Origin: a virus
Lineage: Duplodnaviria; Heunggongvirae; Uroviricota; Caudoviricetes
Virus record (IMG/VR): IMGVR_UViG_3300009502_000023
Coordinates: 1-37,730 of that record
Direction: 5' to 3' (one strand)
DNA: 37,730 bases
Below the pieces are notes generated by a model. That model was not told the DNA's origin, did not search any database, and saw nothing but the letters and a program-made list of their open reading frames with translations. Numbering within the stretch: position 1 is the first letter of the stretch; each line of letters opens with the position of its first letter. Shown piece after piece: positions 1 to 9,876 of this stretch. Made by a program: the position numbers and the translations under genes.

Positions 1-2
1 AA

Positions 3-143
3 ATAGCTGATATACATCCATTAATTCATTTCTATTTTACATTCTGTTCTGAAGAGGGTGGTATAAATACGTTAATTAAATTGGTAATGTCTGATTTGCC
101 AGGAATTATATCAGTTCAATTAGTTCGAAAAATGACAAAATAG
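3..143 (+). CDS. 3' end of a hypothetical protein (partial, runs off the left edge)
   Basis: Open frame from position 3 to TAG at 141-143 (IADIHPLIHF...VRKMTK*). Confidence 0.5.
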   Translation: MADIHPLIHFYFTFCSEEGGINTLIKLVMSDLPGIISVQLVRKMTK

Positions 144-153
144 GAGAAGGTAC

Positions 154-387
154 ATGATCACGATCAAAAAGGGAAGTCTGAAAGTTGAAGTTCCAAATGA
201 TTCGTTTACTACATTGCAGGATGCATACGATGGATTTTATTTTCGTTTGAAAGATGGAACTGAGCTTCGTTTTAATATTCCTGTTACGATACAGGTTAAA
301 GCTATTTCTAGTATTATCATGAAATCAACAGCAAAAGATATTTTGATTGATTTCGATGCGAAGAATATCATTTCGATTCTTGGTTAA
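154..387 (+). CDS. hypothetical protein
   Basis: 77-aa ORF with AGGAGAAGG RBS upstream; no recognised motif. Confidence 0.7.
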   Translation: MITIKKGSLKVEVPNDSFTTLQDAYDGFYFRLKDGTELRFNIPVTIQVKAISSIIMKSTAKDILIDFDAKNIISILG

Positions 388-452
388 AATAAAATCTGTT
401 ATCTATATATATTTATTTATGAAAGCAGAATCAACTTACTTAATTATCTGTT

Positions 453-495
453 AGTTTTGTCTAAATTACTTCTAAGAATGTATTTAGACAAAACT
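453..495. repeat. inverted repeat with 14-bp arms upstream of the SSB-like gene
   Basis: AGTTTTGTCTAAAT (453-466) is the reverse complement of ATTTAGACAAAACT (482-495); the spacer can pair further. Confidence 0.75.
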
Positions 496-566
496 TTAAA
501 TACTATCTAGACTGTCACACATTTTTATTTTTCTTGTTCCAAAATTTTTTCAAAAAGGAGACTACA

Positions 567-1451
567 ATGGCGTTATTGAATAGTGAAGCGTATGGGGATC
601 TTGCATCTGTTTCTACAACCGCATCAAAGCGTACACCTGGTAAGTTTTTTAAGGTATTTATTACTGGAAAGAAACGTCCTGGTCAACAGGTAGGAACGAT
701 GCAGGCGATGTATGAGATTAAGGATAATTCGACGGATGCAGATTATTTGATTCATAATTCAGAAACCGTTAAATTTATTCCTTATTTTATTAAGCGATTC
801 TGGGAAAAGAATGTATCGATCAAGGTTCAGGGTGAAGATCGTTCGAAGTTGGTAGCATTTGGTTGGTCAGAAGATGTTCCTAAACAGGATGATACCTGTC
901 GGTATGTCTATGCTATTGCTGGTTTGTTGATTAATAGTGAGACAAACAAGGCAGTGATTCATACTCGGGATATGGAAGATGCGGGTATCAAGAAGGGTGA
1001 TCCTGTTCTGGTTTATTTCCGTTGTGATGGAATTAAGTTCCAGGGTGGGATGAATCTTGTTTCTGCATTAGCTGATAAGGCTAAGGGACTGGCACCTCTG
1101 AGTAATAGTCCTGAGTTTGAACGAAATGTTGTCACCCCTCGTCGATTCATTGTTCTGACAAAGATCGGTACTGCAAAGAGTGATTATGGTGATAAAGAAG
1201 TATTTGAATTCGTTCCTGAGACACAGCTTCCTGATAAGGCGGTTGAGCAAGTTATGAATTCAGCAATGGGATTGAAGACTGATTTTGAGAAACAGTTCGA
1301 TCGGACATCTCAGATTAAGGCAGATACTAGTTCTAAGTCTGAACATTCAAGTTCAAACGAAAATAGTGTTCCTTTTGAGAGTCCCGCATCTGCTGTTCCA
1401 GAATCAAAGCCCTCAACTGATAAAGAAGAGAACTTCGATCTTGGAATCTAA
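567..1451 (+). CDS. putative single-stranded DNA-binding / recombination-associated protein
   Basis: ATG 567 follows AAGGAG. Low-complexity Ser/Glu/Asp-rich tail ending DKEENFDLGI, typical of phage SSB interaction tails; replication context. Function inferred. Confidence 0.45.
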   Translation: MALLNSEAYGDLASVSTTASKRTPGKFFKVFITGKKRPGQQVGTMQAMYEIKDNSTDADYLIHNSETVKFIPYFIKRFWEKNVSIKVQGEDRSKLVAFGWSEDVPKQDDTCRYVYAIAGLLINSETNKAVIHTRDMEDAGIKKGDPVLVYFRCDGIKFQGGMNLVSALADKAKGLAPLSNSPEFERNVVTPRRFIVLTKIGTAKSDYGDKEVFEFVPETQLPDKAVEQVMNSAMGLKTDFEKQFDRTSQIKADTSSKSEHSSSNENSVPFESPASAVPESKPSTDKEENFDLGI

Positions 1452-1533
1452 TGTAGGCGATTAATATAGTCGATAATGTTCCTGCTTCCATATAGTAATG
1501 TATGGAAGCAGGTTTTTCATTCAGAAAGAACCC

Positions 1534-2556
1534 ATGGATAAAATACAGATAGCAAATATTTTACTAACTCGCCGGTGCAATCTACAATGTGACTATTGTT
1601 CTATTGTTAAAGATTATCAAGATATGCCCAATGAGTATCCAGCTATTAATCATTATCATAAAAATGAGTTGAAGACAGAACAATGGATTAAGATTATCGA
1701 TACTCTACATAGAAATAATTCTGATGTCTTTTTAATTTTCTATGGTGGCGAACCATTTTTGTATCCCGGTCTTACAGATTTGATCAAGCATTGTCACAGC
1801 AAGAATATATACTATACCATCATTTCAAACAATACAAAACTCATTCAAGATAAGATTTTGAAGTTGTATGAAGATGTTGGTAAGATTAGAGGATTCAGTG
1901 CATCTGTGGATCCTGATCTATATATTCATTTGAATAATCGAATGATTAATTCAACTGATGATGCCGCATTTAAAACAGTCGCGGGCTTTAAGAATCTTAG
2001 TATCTTGAAAGAAAAAAATATGGCCGATGATGTGGTTGCCGAAATTACGGTAACTAAAGATAATTGTAAATATCTATATGATACTGTTAAGATTTTAAGT
2101 GAAAATAGAATCGTTAGTAGTATCACAACACTTGATTTAAAGAAGAATCCATATTATGATTTTTCTACAATTATTGAAAAGGATTTGCTGGTTTATCAAA
2201 CACCTGAAATTGCTAATCAATTTATGAAGATTATGGCCGACGAATCATTGTTGGTTCATATTCCTTATTTATTAATTAAGCTTTTTAATATCCTGCCCTG
2301 TGAATTAAGGTGTCATATTTATGAAGATGTTCATAATGTGACAATTGATGCAGATGGTACATTCAGATTGTGTTTGAGGATTAGGGGTGTTGAATTTCCT
2401 AAGAAGAGTTTGGATGATATTTTCTATCCTGATGGTCAAATTAGAATCAAAGTAAAAGAAGTAATCAAGTCAGATTACAAAAAGTATTGTGAAGGTTGTA
2501 ATCATACTTGCTTGCTGATGTCAAAGTATTATAGTAAAGGTATCGTTGCTCATTAA
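1534..2556 (+). CDS. radical SAM enzyme with C-terminal Cys cluster (SPASM/twitch-like)
   Basis: CNLQCDYC (CxxxCxxC), YGGEP motif, C-terminal CEGCNHTC. Confidence 0.85.
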   Translation: MDKIQIANILLTRRCNLQCDYCSIVKDYQDMPNEYPAINHYHKNELKTEQWIKIIDTLHRNNSDVFLIFYGGEPFLYPGLTDLIKHCHSKNIYYTIISNNTKLIQDKILKLYEDVGKIRGFSASVDPDLYIHLNNRMINSTDDAAFKTVAGFKNLSILKEKNMADDVVAEITVTKDNCKYLYDTVKILSENRIVSSITTLDLKKNPYYDFSTIIEKDLLVYQTPEIANQFMKIMADESLLVHIPYLLIKLFNILPCELRCHIYEDVHNVTIDADGTFRLCLRIRGVEFPKKSLDDIFYPDGQIRIKVKEVIKSDYKKYCEGCNHTCLLMSKYYSKGIVAH

Positions 2557-2570
2557 TAACAAGGAAGATC

Positions 2571-4400
2571 ATGGAAAAAACTCCAATTTACGATCATAAC
2601 AGTATCCAGGTTTTGAGCGAATTAGATCATATTCGACAAAACCGTGCAATGTATATTGGGGAAACACCAAACCCAAATCATTTGCTGTATGAAGTTTTAG
2701 ATAATTCTTTAGATGAAGCTAATGCAAAACATGCTTCTTTAATTGGTGTATTCATTGATACTAAAGATCATATTTGTACAATTTCAGATAATGGTCGAGG
2801 AATTCCAATCACAGGAAATGTAGTTCAAACTATTGCAACTAAATTATTTTCTGGTGGTAAATTTGCTAAAGGTCAAGAAGGATCTGCATACGGTATTGCT
2901 GCTGGATTACATGGTATTGGATTAGTTGCTGTAACTGCATTATCTGTTTGGGTTGAATTTGTTATCTATCGAGATAATAAGAAAGCCACTTATAGATTTG
3001 AGAATGCAAAATTAGTAAAACAAGAAACAGTTGATGTTCCATCAGCAACAAGACCATTTTCAACTCAAGTTTCTTTCAAACCTGATAAGAAGTATTTCGA
3101 TAGTGTAGATTTTGATCTAAAACCACTAAGAGAAAGAATGAGTATCGCTTCTATTGGAATCCCCCATCTTAAGTTAATTTTGATGGAGGATGATAAGAAA
3201 GAGATAATCAATTGTGGTATTGATCAATATTTTAAAGATAATATCCTTGATGGTGAAACTAAGAATATAACTCCATTTTTTACTTTGACTAAGAAAGTTA
3301 AAGATGAAGATGTTGTTATTAAACTTGCTTGGGATATGAATAGTGGTAGTGCTGCAAAGTATCAAGGTGCAGTAAATCTATTATCAGTAAATCAAGGAAC
3401 TCATATTAATCGGACAGTTACTCTTCTCCGAGATATTTTTGTGAAGTATGCTAAGAAAGAAAAACTTACATTTCAACCACAAGATTGCTTAGTCGGTCTT
3501 CGATTTATTGTAATGGTTTCTTTGTATACTCCAGAATATTCTTCTCAGACAAAAGAGAAATTGACGACCAATAAAGCAAAACTTGATCATTTATATGATG
3601 GTCTAGATACACAATTAGAACAAATATTAGATAAAGCACCCGAAGTTAAAGCTATGCTATTGGGGTTCTTTGAATCTTATCGTAAAGGATTATCTGCTAG
3701 TAAGAATATCATTAAGGGAAGTAAAGAAGTTAGTAGATTTAATCAGGTAATCGATTCTAAACTAAAGGATTGTTCTACTCATACCATTGAACACAGTGAA
3801 TTGTTTATCACCGAAGGTAATTCTGCTGCCGGTGGTTTAGTTCAATGTAGAAATCCCAAGTTTCATGCTATTTTGGGATTGCGAGGAAAGATTCCTAATC
3901 TGGCAGTTCTCAAAAAAGATTTCTTGAAAAATAAAGAAATTATTGAGATTGTTAATGCTTTAGGGACCGGGGTTGAACCAGATTTTGATTTTGAACATGT
4001 CCGTTATGGGAAGATTATATTTGCAACCGATGCTGATGCAGATGGTTCTCATATCACTTCTCTATTAATGGTAATGTTTTTAAAGCTTGTACCAACTCTG
4101 TTGAAAGATGGTGCAAAGGTATATCGTGCAGTGATGCCTTTGTATGGTTCAAGTAAAGCAGGAAAATTCAATCCTTTCTATTCAGAGGAAGAATTAAATA
4201 AATTTAAACTTGAGAATCCAAACGCCAAAATTCAGCGGTATAAGGGATTAGGCGAGATGGATCCCTTCGAGTTGAAGATTTGTTTGTTGGACAAAGATAC
4301 TCGGCATCTGGAATTAATTGAATTTCCAGAAGATCCAATGGATATCTTTAAACTAATGACGGATGCTGAACTCAAGAGAGATCTAATCGGTGAAGAATAA
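2571..4400 (+). CDS. gyrB: type IIA DNA topoisomerase, ATPase/TOPRIM subunit (GyrB/ParE/T4 gp39+60-like)
   Basis: GHKL motifs EVLDNSLDE, DNGRGIP, GGKF, GLHGIG; TOPRIM motifs EGNSA, LRGKI, DADADG, RYKGLGEM. Confidence 0.95.
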   Translation: MEKTPIYDHNSIQVLSELDHIRQNRAMYIGETPNPNHLLYEVLDNSLDEANAKHASLIGVFIDTKDHICTISDNGRGIPITGNVVQTIATKLFSGGKFAKGQEGSAYGIAAGLHGIGLVAVTALSVWVEFVIYRDNKKATYRFENAKLVKQETVDVPSATRPFSTQVSFKPDKKYFDSVDFDLKPLRERMSIASIGIPHLKLILMEDDKKEIINCGIDQYFKDNILDGETKNITPFFTLTKKVKDEDVVIKLAWDMNSGSAAKYQGAVNLLSVNQGTHINRTVTLLRDIFVKYAKKEKLTFQPQDCLVGLRFIVMVSLYTPEYSSQTKEKLTTNKAKLDHLYDGLDTQLEQILDKAPEVKAMLLGFFESYRKGLSASKNIIKGSKEVSRFNQVIDSKLKDCSTHTIEHSELFITEGNSAAGGLVQCRNPKFHAILGLRGKIPNLAVLKKDFLKNKEIIEIVNALGTGVEPDFDFEHVRYGKIIFATDADADGSHITSLLMVMFLKLVPTLLKDGAKVYRAVMPLYGSSKAGKFNPFYSEEELNKFKLENPNAKIQRYKGLGEMDPFELKICLLDKDTRHLELIEFPEDPMDIFKLMTDAELKRDLIGEE

Positions 4401-5428
4401 TGAAATGCCCAACATGTAATAAAGAATTTGATTCAATTAAGAAATTATCTAGACATGTTGGGCATTCAGCCAATCATATTGATATTAAAGATTTTTACGA
4501 TAAGTATTTAAAAAAAGAAAATGAAGGTATTTGTTTAAACTGTGGGAGTGTAACTAAATTTGAATGTGTATCTAGAGGTTATACAAAATACTGCAGTAAA
4601 ATTTGTTGTGATAGTTCGGATATTAGAAAGAAATTAATTTCCGATAAACACAAAACAGAAGAAACTAGAAGAAAAAGTGAAAATACGAGTATTTTAAGAT
4701 ATGGAGTAAAAAATCCATTCCAATCAATAGAAATTCAAAAGAAGTATAAAAATACATTCTTTGAAAGATATGGTACTGAAAACCCAAGTCAAGTAGAAGA
4801 AATTAAGAATAGAAAAATTCAAACGTGTTTAGATCATTTTGGCGTCGAGAATCCATTCCAGTCAGATTCTATTAAAGAAAAGATTAAAGAAACAAATACT
4901 AAAAAATATGGTTATCCATATTCTAGTCAAAATTCCAGCACCAGACAAAAATACAGAGATACATGTATGTTAAAATTTGGTGTTGATAATATTTCTAAAA
5001 CTTTCGAAATGCGAGAGATATATAGAGAAAAATTTTTAAGAGATCTTTCAATTCAAAAGAATAATGGATTACCAATAAAAGGTAGAATAGGCAAGTATGA
5101 GTTAGATTGCTTAAATGAACTACAAAAACATTCTAAATTTATATTTAAACGGTTACAAATATGTGGTTACTTGCCTGATAGTTATATATCTGAATTGAAT
5201 TTAATAATAGAATTTAATGAAGACTTTCATAAGTATTCGTGGTGTGTTAAAAAAGATAAACAAAAGTATTCTGATTTATATCAGAAACTAAAATGTGATT
5301 TTTTTATTATTGATAAAAGAGAGTGGTTGATTAATAAAGAAAAAATTATACTTGAATTTGTTGATTTATTAAATAGAAAAGAATCAGTCCAATTAGAACA
5401 AACTAAAAATAAGGAAGAATTAACTTGA
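4400..5428 (+). mobile_element. free-standing homing-endonuclease-like gene (Zn finger, YGVxNPxQ repeats, Vsr/DUF559-like nuclease end)
   Basis: CPTC..H..H finger; five repeats RYGVKNPFQS/RYGTENPSQV/HFGVENPFQS/KYGYPYSSQN/KFGVDNISK; C-terminal GYLPDSY..LIIEFNEDFH; sits between the topoisomerase subunits. Confidence 0.75.
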
Positions 5429-6735
5429 AAGAACAGATAGGAAGACTCTATAGCGAATATGGTCGTTATATTAATAAGTATCGTTCTTTTCCTCTTATTT
5501 ACGATGGATTAAAAATTGTTGAAAGACGATTACTTTATTCGTTATATGAGAGAGCAAAAGATCATCTTGTTAAATCTGCGGAAGTTGTGGGTTGGACAAT
5601 TGGGCAATATCATCCTCATGGAGATCAATCTGCTTATGGATCACTAGCTTCGTTGGTTAATGGAAAACTAGCCGATGGCCATGGCAATTGGGGCTGTGGT
5701 GCTGGTATTGTCCCATGTGACCCAGCAGCAATGCGATATACAGAAGTTAAAGCAAATAAGGCGGTTTTAGATTTGGCATTTGAGTACATCAAGTATGTCA
5801 AACTAGAACCACTTGAATTAAAAGATGAACCCATATTTCTTCCAACCAAACTACCATTCTGTTTGATTAATAAGAGTATGTGTCAGGGTATTGGTTTTGG
5901 TTCTAGAACTGTTATACCCAATTATGAAATTAAAGATCTAGTTAAACGTTTAAAGTGGCTCTTAGGTTATGAGAAGAAAGAGCCAATTATTAGACCTTTG
6001 ACTGATTGTGGTTTTATTAGTAAAGATAAAGATTTTCAAGAATTGCTTACTACTGGTAAAGCAAAAATTGAATATCGAGGAATTGCAGAAATTGATTATG
6101 CCGGTAAGGGTGTAGTTGTTAAAGCTATTCCTCCCAGTAAATCATTTAATAAAATTCTAAAGGCATTAGAGAATGATATTGAAATTACAAAGACAATTGG
6201 TTTTATTGATGAGTCTACCGTTAACACCCGGGTTAGATTCATTTCTTTAAAACGATCTTTGACATTAGATCAGCTACAGAAAAAGATCAATACTCACCTA
6301 GTTGGATCTATTACATTCGAATGTAATATGTGCGATGAAGATGGCAATGTTGTTTTGGTTTCTGTTGATCAGATGTTGTTGAATGTATATAAGAACTATA
6401 TCAAAATTGTAGAAGCTGTTTTGAATGCTAATATGGTTAGAATTCAAAAAGAGATAGATGAACTAATTCTTATTACAAAAATTAAAGTGGTTCTTCCTAA
6501 GTGGCTTCGAGAACACCCAGATGACCCTGATATGGTTGTTAATGGGATTGCTTCTGAAACTCAGATTGCATCAGAAGTAGTTAGTCAACTGTTTGATAAA
6601 TATACAATGTCTAGAATTTTGAAGATCAGGACAGACATTACTAGTTTAGAAACTAAGAAACAAGAGTTTCAGGTTAATTTGAATAACCTTGCACCGTATG
6701 TCTGGAATGATAAATACCAAAACTTATCTGTATAG
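5425..6735 (+). CDS. gyrA: type IIA DNA topoisomerase, breakage-reunion subunit (GyrA/ParC/T4 gp52-like, no pinwheel CTD)
   Basis: DGLKIVERR, YHPHGDQS, catalytic AAMRYTE; 436 aa; TTG start overlaps the upstream stop. Confidence 0.93.
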   Translation: MKEQIGRLYSEYGRYINKYRSFPLIYDGLKIVERRLLYSLYERAKDHLVKSAEVVGWTIGQYHPHGDQSAYGSLASLVNGKLADGHGNWGCGAGIVPCDPAAMRYTEVKANKAVLDLAFEYIKYVKLEPLELKDEPIFLPTKLPFCLINKSMCQGIGFGSRTVIPNYEIKDLVKRLKWLLGYEKKEPIIRPLTDCGFISKDKDFQELLTTGKAKIEYRGIAEIDYAGKGVVVKAIPPSKSFNKILKALENDIEITKTIGFIDESTVNTRVRFISLKRSLTLDQLQKKINTHLVGSITFECNMCDEDGNVVLVSVDQMLLNVYKNYIKIVEAVLNANMVRIQKEIDELILITKIKVVLPKWLREHPDDPDMVVNGIASETQIASEVVSQLFDKYTMSRILKIRTDITSLETKKQEFQVNLNNLAPYVWNDKYQNLSV

Positions 6736-6743
6736 GAGGAATA

Positions 6744-7199
6744 ATGTTCTGTCATTTATTTAGGTTGAGTGAAAAATCAGGATTACCAATTCAAGAACAG
6801 GAGGAATGTAATTCTTCTTGCCGTCGGTATATTGATAAAAACAAATGTAAGATTTGTGAGAAGTCTATGGAAACTCTCACAAAGGAAAAATATAGTTGGT
6901 TTTTTGAAACACGAATTTGTTTAGAAACACCAATTTCAAGTAAATCAGGCAATCTAAAATACATGGCTGCAATTTGTTTGATTCATCCAGCACATAACGA
7001 CATTTGGATTGTTCAACAATTACGTCATAATAAGATTGATGATACTTGGGAAAAGGATTACAAATTTTACTTTGGTAATGAAGCAAAGGAATTTGCCAAT
7101 CTCAAACAGATCCATACTTTTTTAAAGAGTAATGGTTATACTGGTAGAAAAATTACAGAAAATGATTTTATGATGACTAAACCCGAGGAGAATGAATAA
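6744..7199 (+). CDS. hypothetical protein, Cys-rich N-terminus
   Basis: AGGAGG RBS; 151 aa. Confidence 0.7.
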   Translation: MFCHLFRLSEKSGLPIQEQEECNSSCRRYIDKNKCKICEKSMETLTKEKYSWFFETRICLETPISSKSGNLKYMAAICLIHPAHNDIWIVQQLRHNKIDDTWEKDYKFYFGNEAKEFANLKQIHTFLKSNGYTGRKITENDFMMTKPEENE

Positions 7200-7644
7200 C
7201 ATGTACACCATCCGCAAGAAGTATCGTGTAGAGTATGCACATCAGTTGAAGAATGCTTTTACTGAGTGTTGTTTCAAGACTATTCATGGACATTCTGGAG
7301 TAGTTGAATTATTCTTCTCATCTGAAAGTCTTGATCAGAATAATATGGTTGTTGATTTTGGTGAGATTAGCAGTAAGATTAAAACTTATCTTATGGATAT
7401 GTTTGATCATGCATTGTTTATGCCTAATACATTGGATAAACAATATCTTGATACTCTTGGTGAGTTTAATGAAAAACTTACAATTGTTGATGAAAATCCA
7501 ACAGCAGAATATTTTGCTCGTTTGATGTTTCTTCAGATTACTGAGTTATTGAATAAGGGAACAGAACCAACCAATCACTGGCATTTAAAGAAGGTTCGTT
7601 TTCATGAAACCGAATCGGGTTATGCTGAATATTCGGTGAGTTAA
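7192..7644 (+). CDS. queD: 6-carboxytetrahydropterin synthase (QueD/PTPS family)
   Basis: AHQL...C..IHGHS, VVDFG, FDH, NPTAE, ETESGYAEY motifs of T-fold PTPS/QueD. Confidence 0.9.
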   Translation: MNNMYTIRKKYRVEYAHQLKNAFTECCFKTIHGHSGVVELFFSSESLDQNNMVVDFGEISSKIKTYLMDMFDHALFMPNTLDKQYLDTLGEFNEKLTIVDENPTAEYFARLMFLQITELLNKGTEPTNHWHLKKVRFHETESGYAEYSVS

Positions 7645-7908
7645 ATGAAAAAAACAAGTATTCTAGATTGCTCAATCTCCACTATAGAGATGATGATCAA
7701 TGATATCGATGATAAGTTTGAACCAAAAATGACCATGTGCAGATTAATTGAATTTATCGAAGAATATTCAAAATATAAACCTTTTAAGAAATCTAACAGA
7801 AACAAACTAAAGAAATTAGTATTATTAAGTTCGCTAAAAGAAGAAGTCAAAATGATTTTGGGCGATGAAATTCTAAGACGATTATACTCAAAAACTTACT
7901 CGAAATAA
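7645..7908 (+). CDS. hypothetical protein
   Basis: 87-aa ORF abutting queD. Confidence 0.6.
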   Translation: MKKTSILDCSISTIEMMINDIDDKFEPKMTMCRLIEFIEEYSKYKPFKKSNRNKLKKLVLLSSLKEEVKMILGDEILRRLYSKTYSK

Positions 7909-7916
7909 TCATAACT

Positions 7917-9308
7917 ATGAATCTTATAAGAACATCTTGTATTAGGATACCCCAGCAATTTGAGTCCGAGGAATGGTGTAAAAACATTCTTCGAGATTTG
8001 ACAAGAAGTAGTACTTCTTATGAGGATCCTACTGTAAAAGTTACATCTGTCTTTTACGAAAAACGAGATGGTCATATATGTATTCCTAGATTCTATCCGA
8101 TCGAGATCTATGGTCATAAAGTAATCGATTACATTCCTGATGGGGAAAATATCAATATCGATTTTACTACTGAATGGCGAAGTGATTTACAACGTCAAGC
8201 ATTTGACATGATGACCACAGAGACAAGAGGAATTTTAAAACTTAAACCAGGTGAAGGTAAGACTGTCATTACTATTGGATCTATCTGTAAGTTGAAGAAG
8301 AAGGCAATTATTTTTATGCATAAGGATTCTTTAATTTCTCAATGGAAAGAGAGATTCCTACAACATACGAATATTACCGCAGACCAAATCGGTCATCTTT
8401 CGACTGCAGATAGATTCGATGTAATGAATAAGTCTATTGTTCTGAGTACTGTTCAAACCATGAATAGTATGATTGAACGATTACCTGATTTTGAAAAATT
8501 ATTTTTAGATGCTAACTTTGGTATAGCAGTTTGGGATGAATGTCATACAACGAGTGGTGCAGAGAAGTATTCTAGATCTGCATTATATACTCCTTGTAAA
8601 AGAGTATTTGGATTAAGTGCTACACCAGCAAGATCAGATCAAAATCATGATATTATTGGACATCATCTAGGTCAGATTTTTGAACCAGAAGGTAAATCTG
8701 AAACGATGATTCCTAAAGTAGTAATTCTCTACTTTGATCATAAAGTAATATCTAATCATAAAAAATATGTTTATTGGGGTATTCCTGGAAAAGATGGACA
8801 GTTTAAATTGAAGTTTCCACAATTTGATACTTCAAGATATCTTGCTATGTTAACTTCTAAAAAGAATGATGCATACGTTCCATTCTTGAGAAAGATTGTA
8901 AAGCAAGTATATGATGCCGGAAGAATAACATTACTGATATCAGATAGAATTAAAGTTCTCGATATGGTATCAAGTGTTATTCCTAATAAGAATGATATGG
9001 GTTTCTTTATTCCTAGAAGTGGAAAGTTAAGAGACTCTGAATTACTAAAGCGATTTGTGTTTAGTACACCCGGAAGTTCTAGAGATGGAACTGACAGACC
9101 AGAATTTGATACATTAATTATTGCTAACCGGATATCAAATATCGAACAAGCTGTTGGTCGGGTATGCAGACCCAAACCAAATAAGAAACAACCTGTTGTA
9201 TTTGATATTGTTGATACTGGGTGTGAAGAATTGAGAAAGAGTGCAGATCAAAGAAAAAGATTCTACATCGATCATGGTTGGGTAGTTGAAGAGAAATATC
9301 TAAAGTAG
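7917..9308 (+). CDS. superfamily 2 helicase (UvsW/XPB/A18-like)
   Basis: Walker A PGEGKT, DECH box, motif III SAT, motif VI QAVGRVCR. Confidence 0.9.
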   Translation: MNLIRTSCIRIPQQFESEEWCKNILRDLTRSSTSYEDPTVKVTSVFYEKRDGHICIPRFYPIEIYGHKVIDYIPDGENINIDFTTEWRSDLQRQAFDMMTTETRGILKLKPGEGKTVITIGSICKLKKKAIIFMHKDSLISQWKERFLQHTNITADQIGHLSTADRFDVMNKSIVLSTVQTMNSMIERLPDFEKLFLDANFGIAVWDECHTTSGAEKYSRSALYTPCKRVFGLSATPARSDQNHDIIGHHLGQIFEPEGKSETMIPKVVILYFDHKVISNHKKYVYWGIPGKDGQFKLKFPQFDTSRYLAMLTSKKNDAYVPFLRKIVKQVYDAGRITLLISDRIKVLDMVSSVIPNKNDMGFFIPRSGKLRDSELLKRFVFSTPGSSRDGTDRPEFDTLIIANRISNIEQAVGRVCRPKPNKKQPVVFDIVDTGCEELRKSADQRKRFYIDHGWVVEEKYLK

Positions 9309-9317
9309 GAGTTGAAA

Positions 9318-9602
9318 ATGCCTCATCCAAGCAAAAAGTCGATTTTTGATCGGAAGTCTAAGAATAGTACCAATATCAGTAAAGTTGTTTCGATTATGGA
9401 TTTGAATTGGAAGTGTAATGATGAGAAGGAACCGCTTCGAGAAAAGTACATTCAATTAGCAATCGCTTCAGCTCAGAATTTGGGTGGTGCATCTAAATTG
9501 ACGGTTGATCAAGCTATTGATTGGTTGAAAATTAATGCATCTGAAACTGATGAAGATGGTGTTGTCGATGAGATTAATTTTTGCATTCCTTTAGTGAAGT
9601 AG
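9318..9602 (+). CDS. hypothetical protein (paralog of the next gene)
   Basis: AGGAG RBS; shares QLA.....A...L......DE(I/V)N(F/Y) pattern with 9625-9876. Confidence 0.7.
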   Translation: MPHPSKKSIFDRKSKNSTNISKVVSIMDLNWKCNDEKEPLREKYIQLAIASAQNLGGASKLTVDQAIDWLKINASETDEDGVVDEINFCIPLVK

Positions 9603-9624
9603 GTCTTGTTTTTAGGAGTTTACC

Positions 9625-9876
9625 ATGTCGAAGAAGGTCAAGTTGGATCAGATTTCATCTCTCACTGATTTGAAGAATATCTGTTGTGATAGTTTTTATC
9701 CCAACAGTAAACAGTATCAAAAGATAGCACAACTTGCTGCAATTAGTTTGGGATGTCTCGAAACGAAACCCACAGCTATTGAAGCAATTAGAACTTTACA
9801 AATGTGTGCAATTGATGATAATTCTGAGGTTGGTGCTATTGATGAAGTCAACTATTATATCAATGGTGGAAAATGA
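9625..9876 (+). CDS. hypothetical protein (paralog of the previous gene)
   Basis: AGGAG RBS; similar C-terminal half to 9318-9602. Confidence 0.7.
   Translation: MSKKVKLDQISSLTDLKNICCDSFYPNSKQYQKIAQLAAISLGCLETKPTAIEAIRTLQMCAIDDNSEVGAIDEVNYYINGGK

Noticed and set aside
1534-2556. Naming the radical SAM gene queE
   Set aside because: Longer than typical QueE, with an extra C-terminal Cys cluster; linkage to queD is only suggestive.
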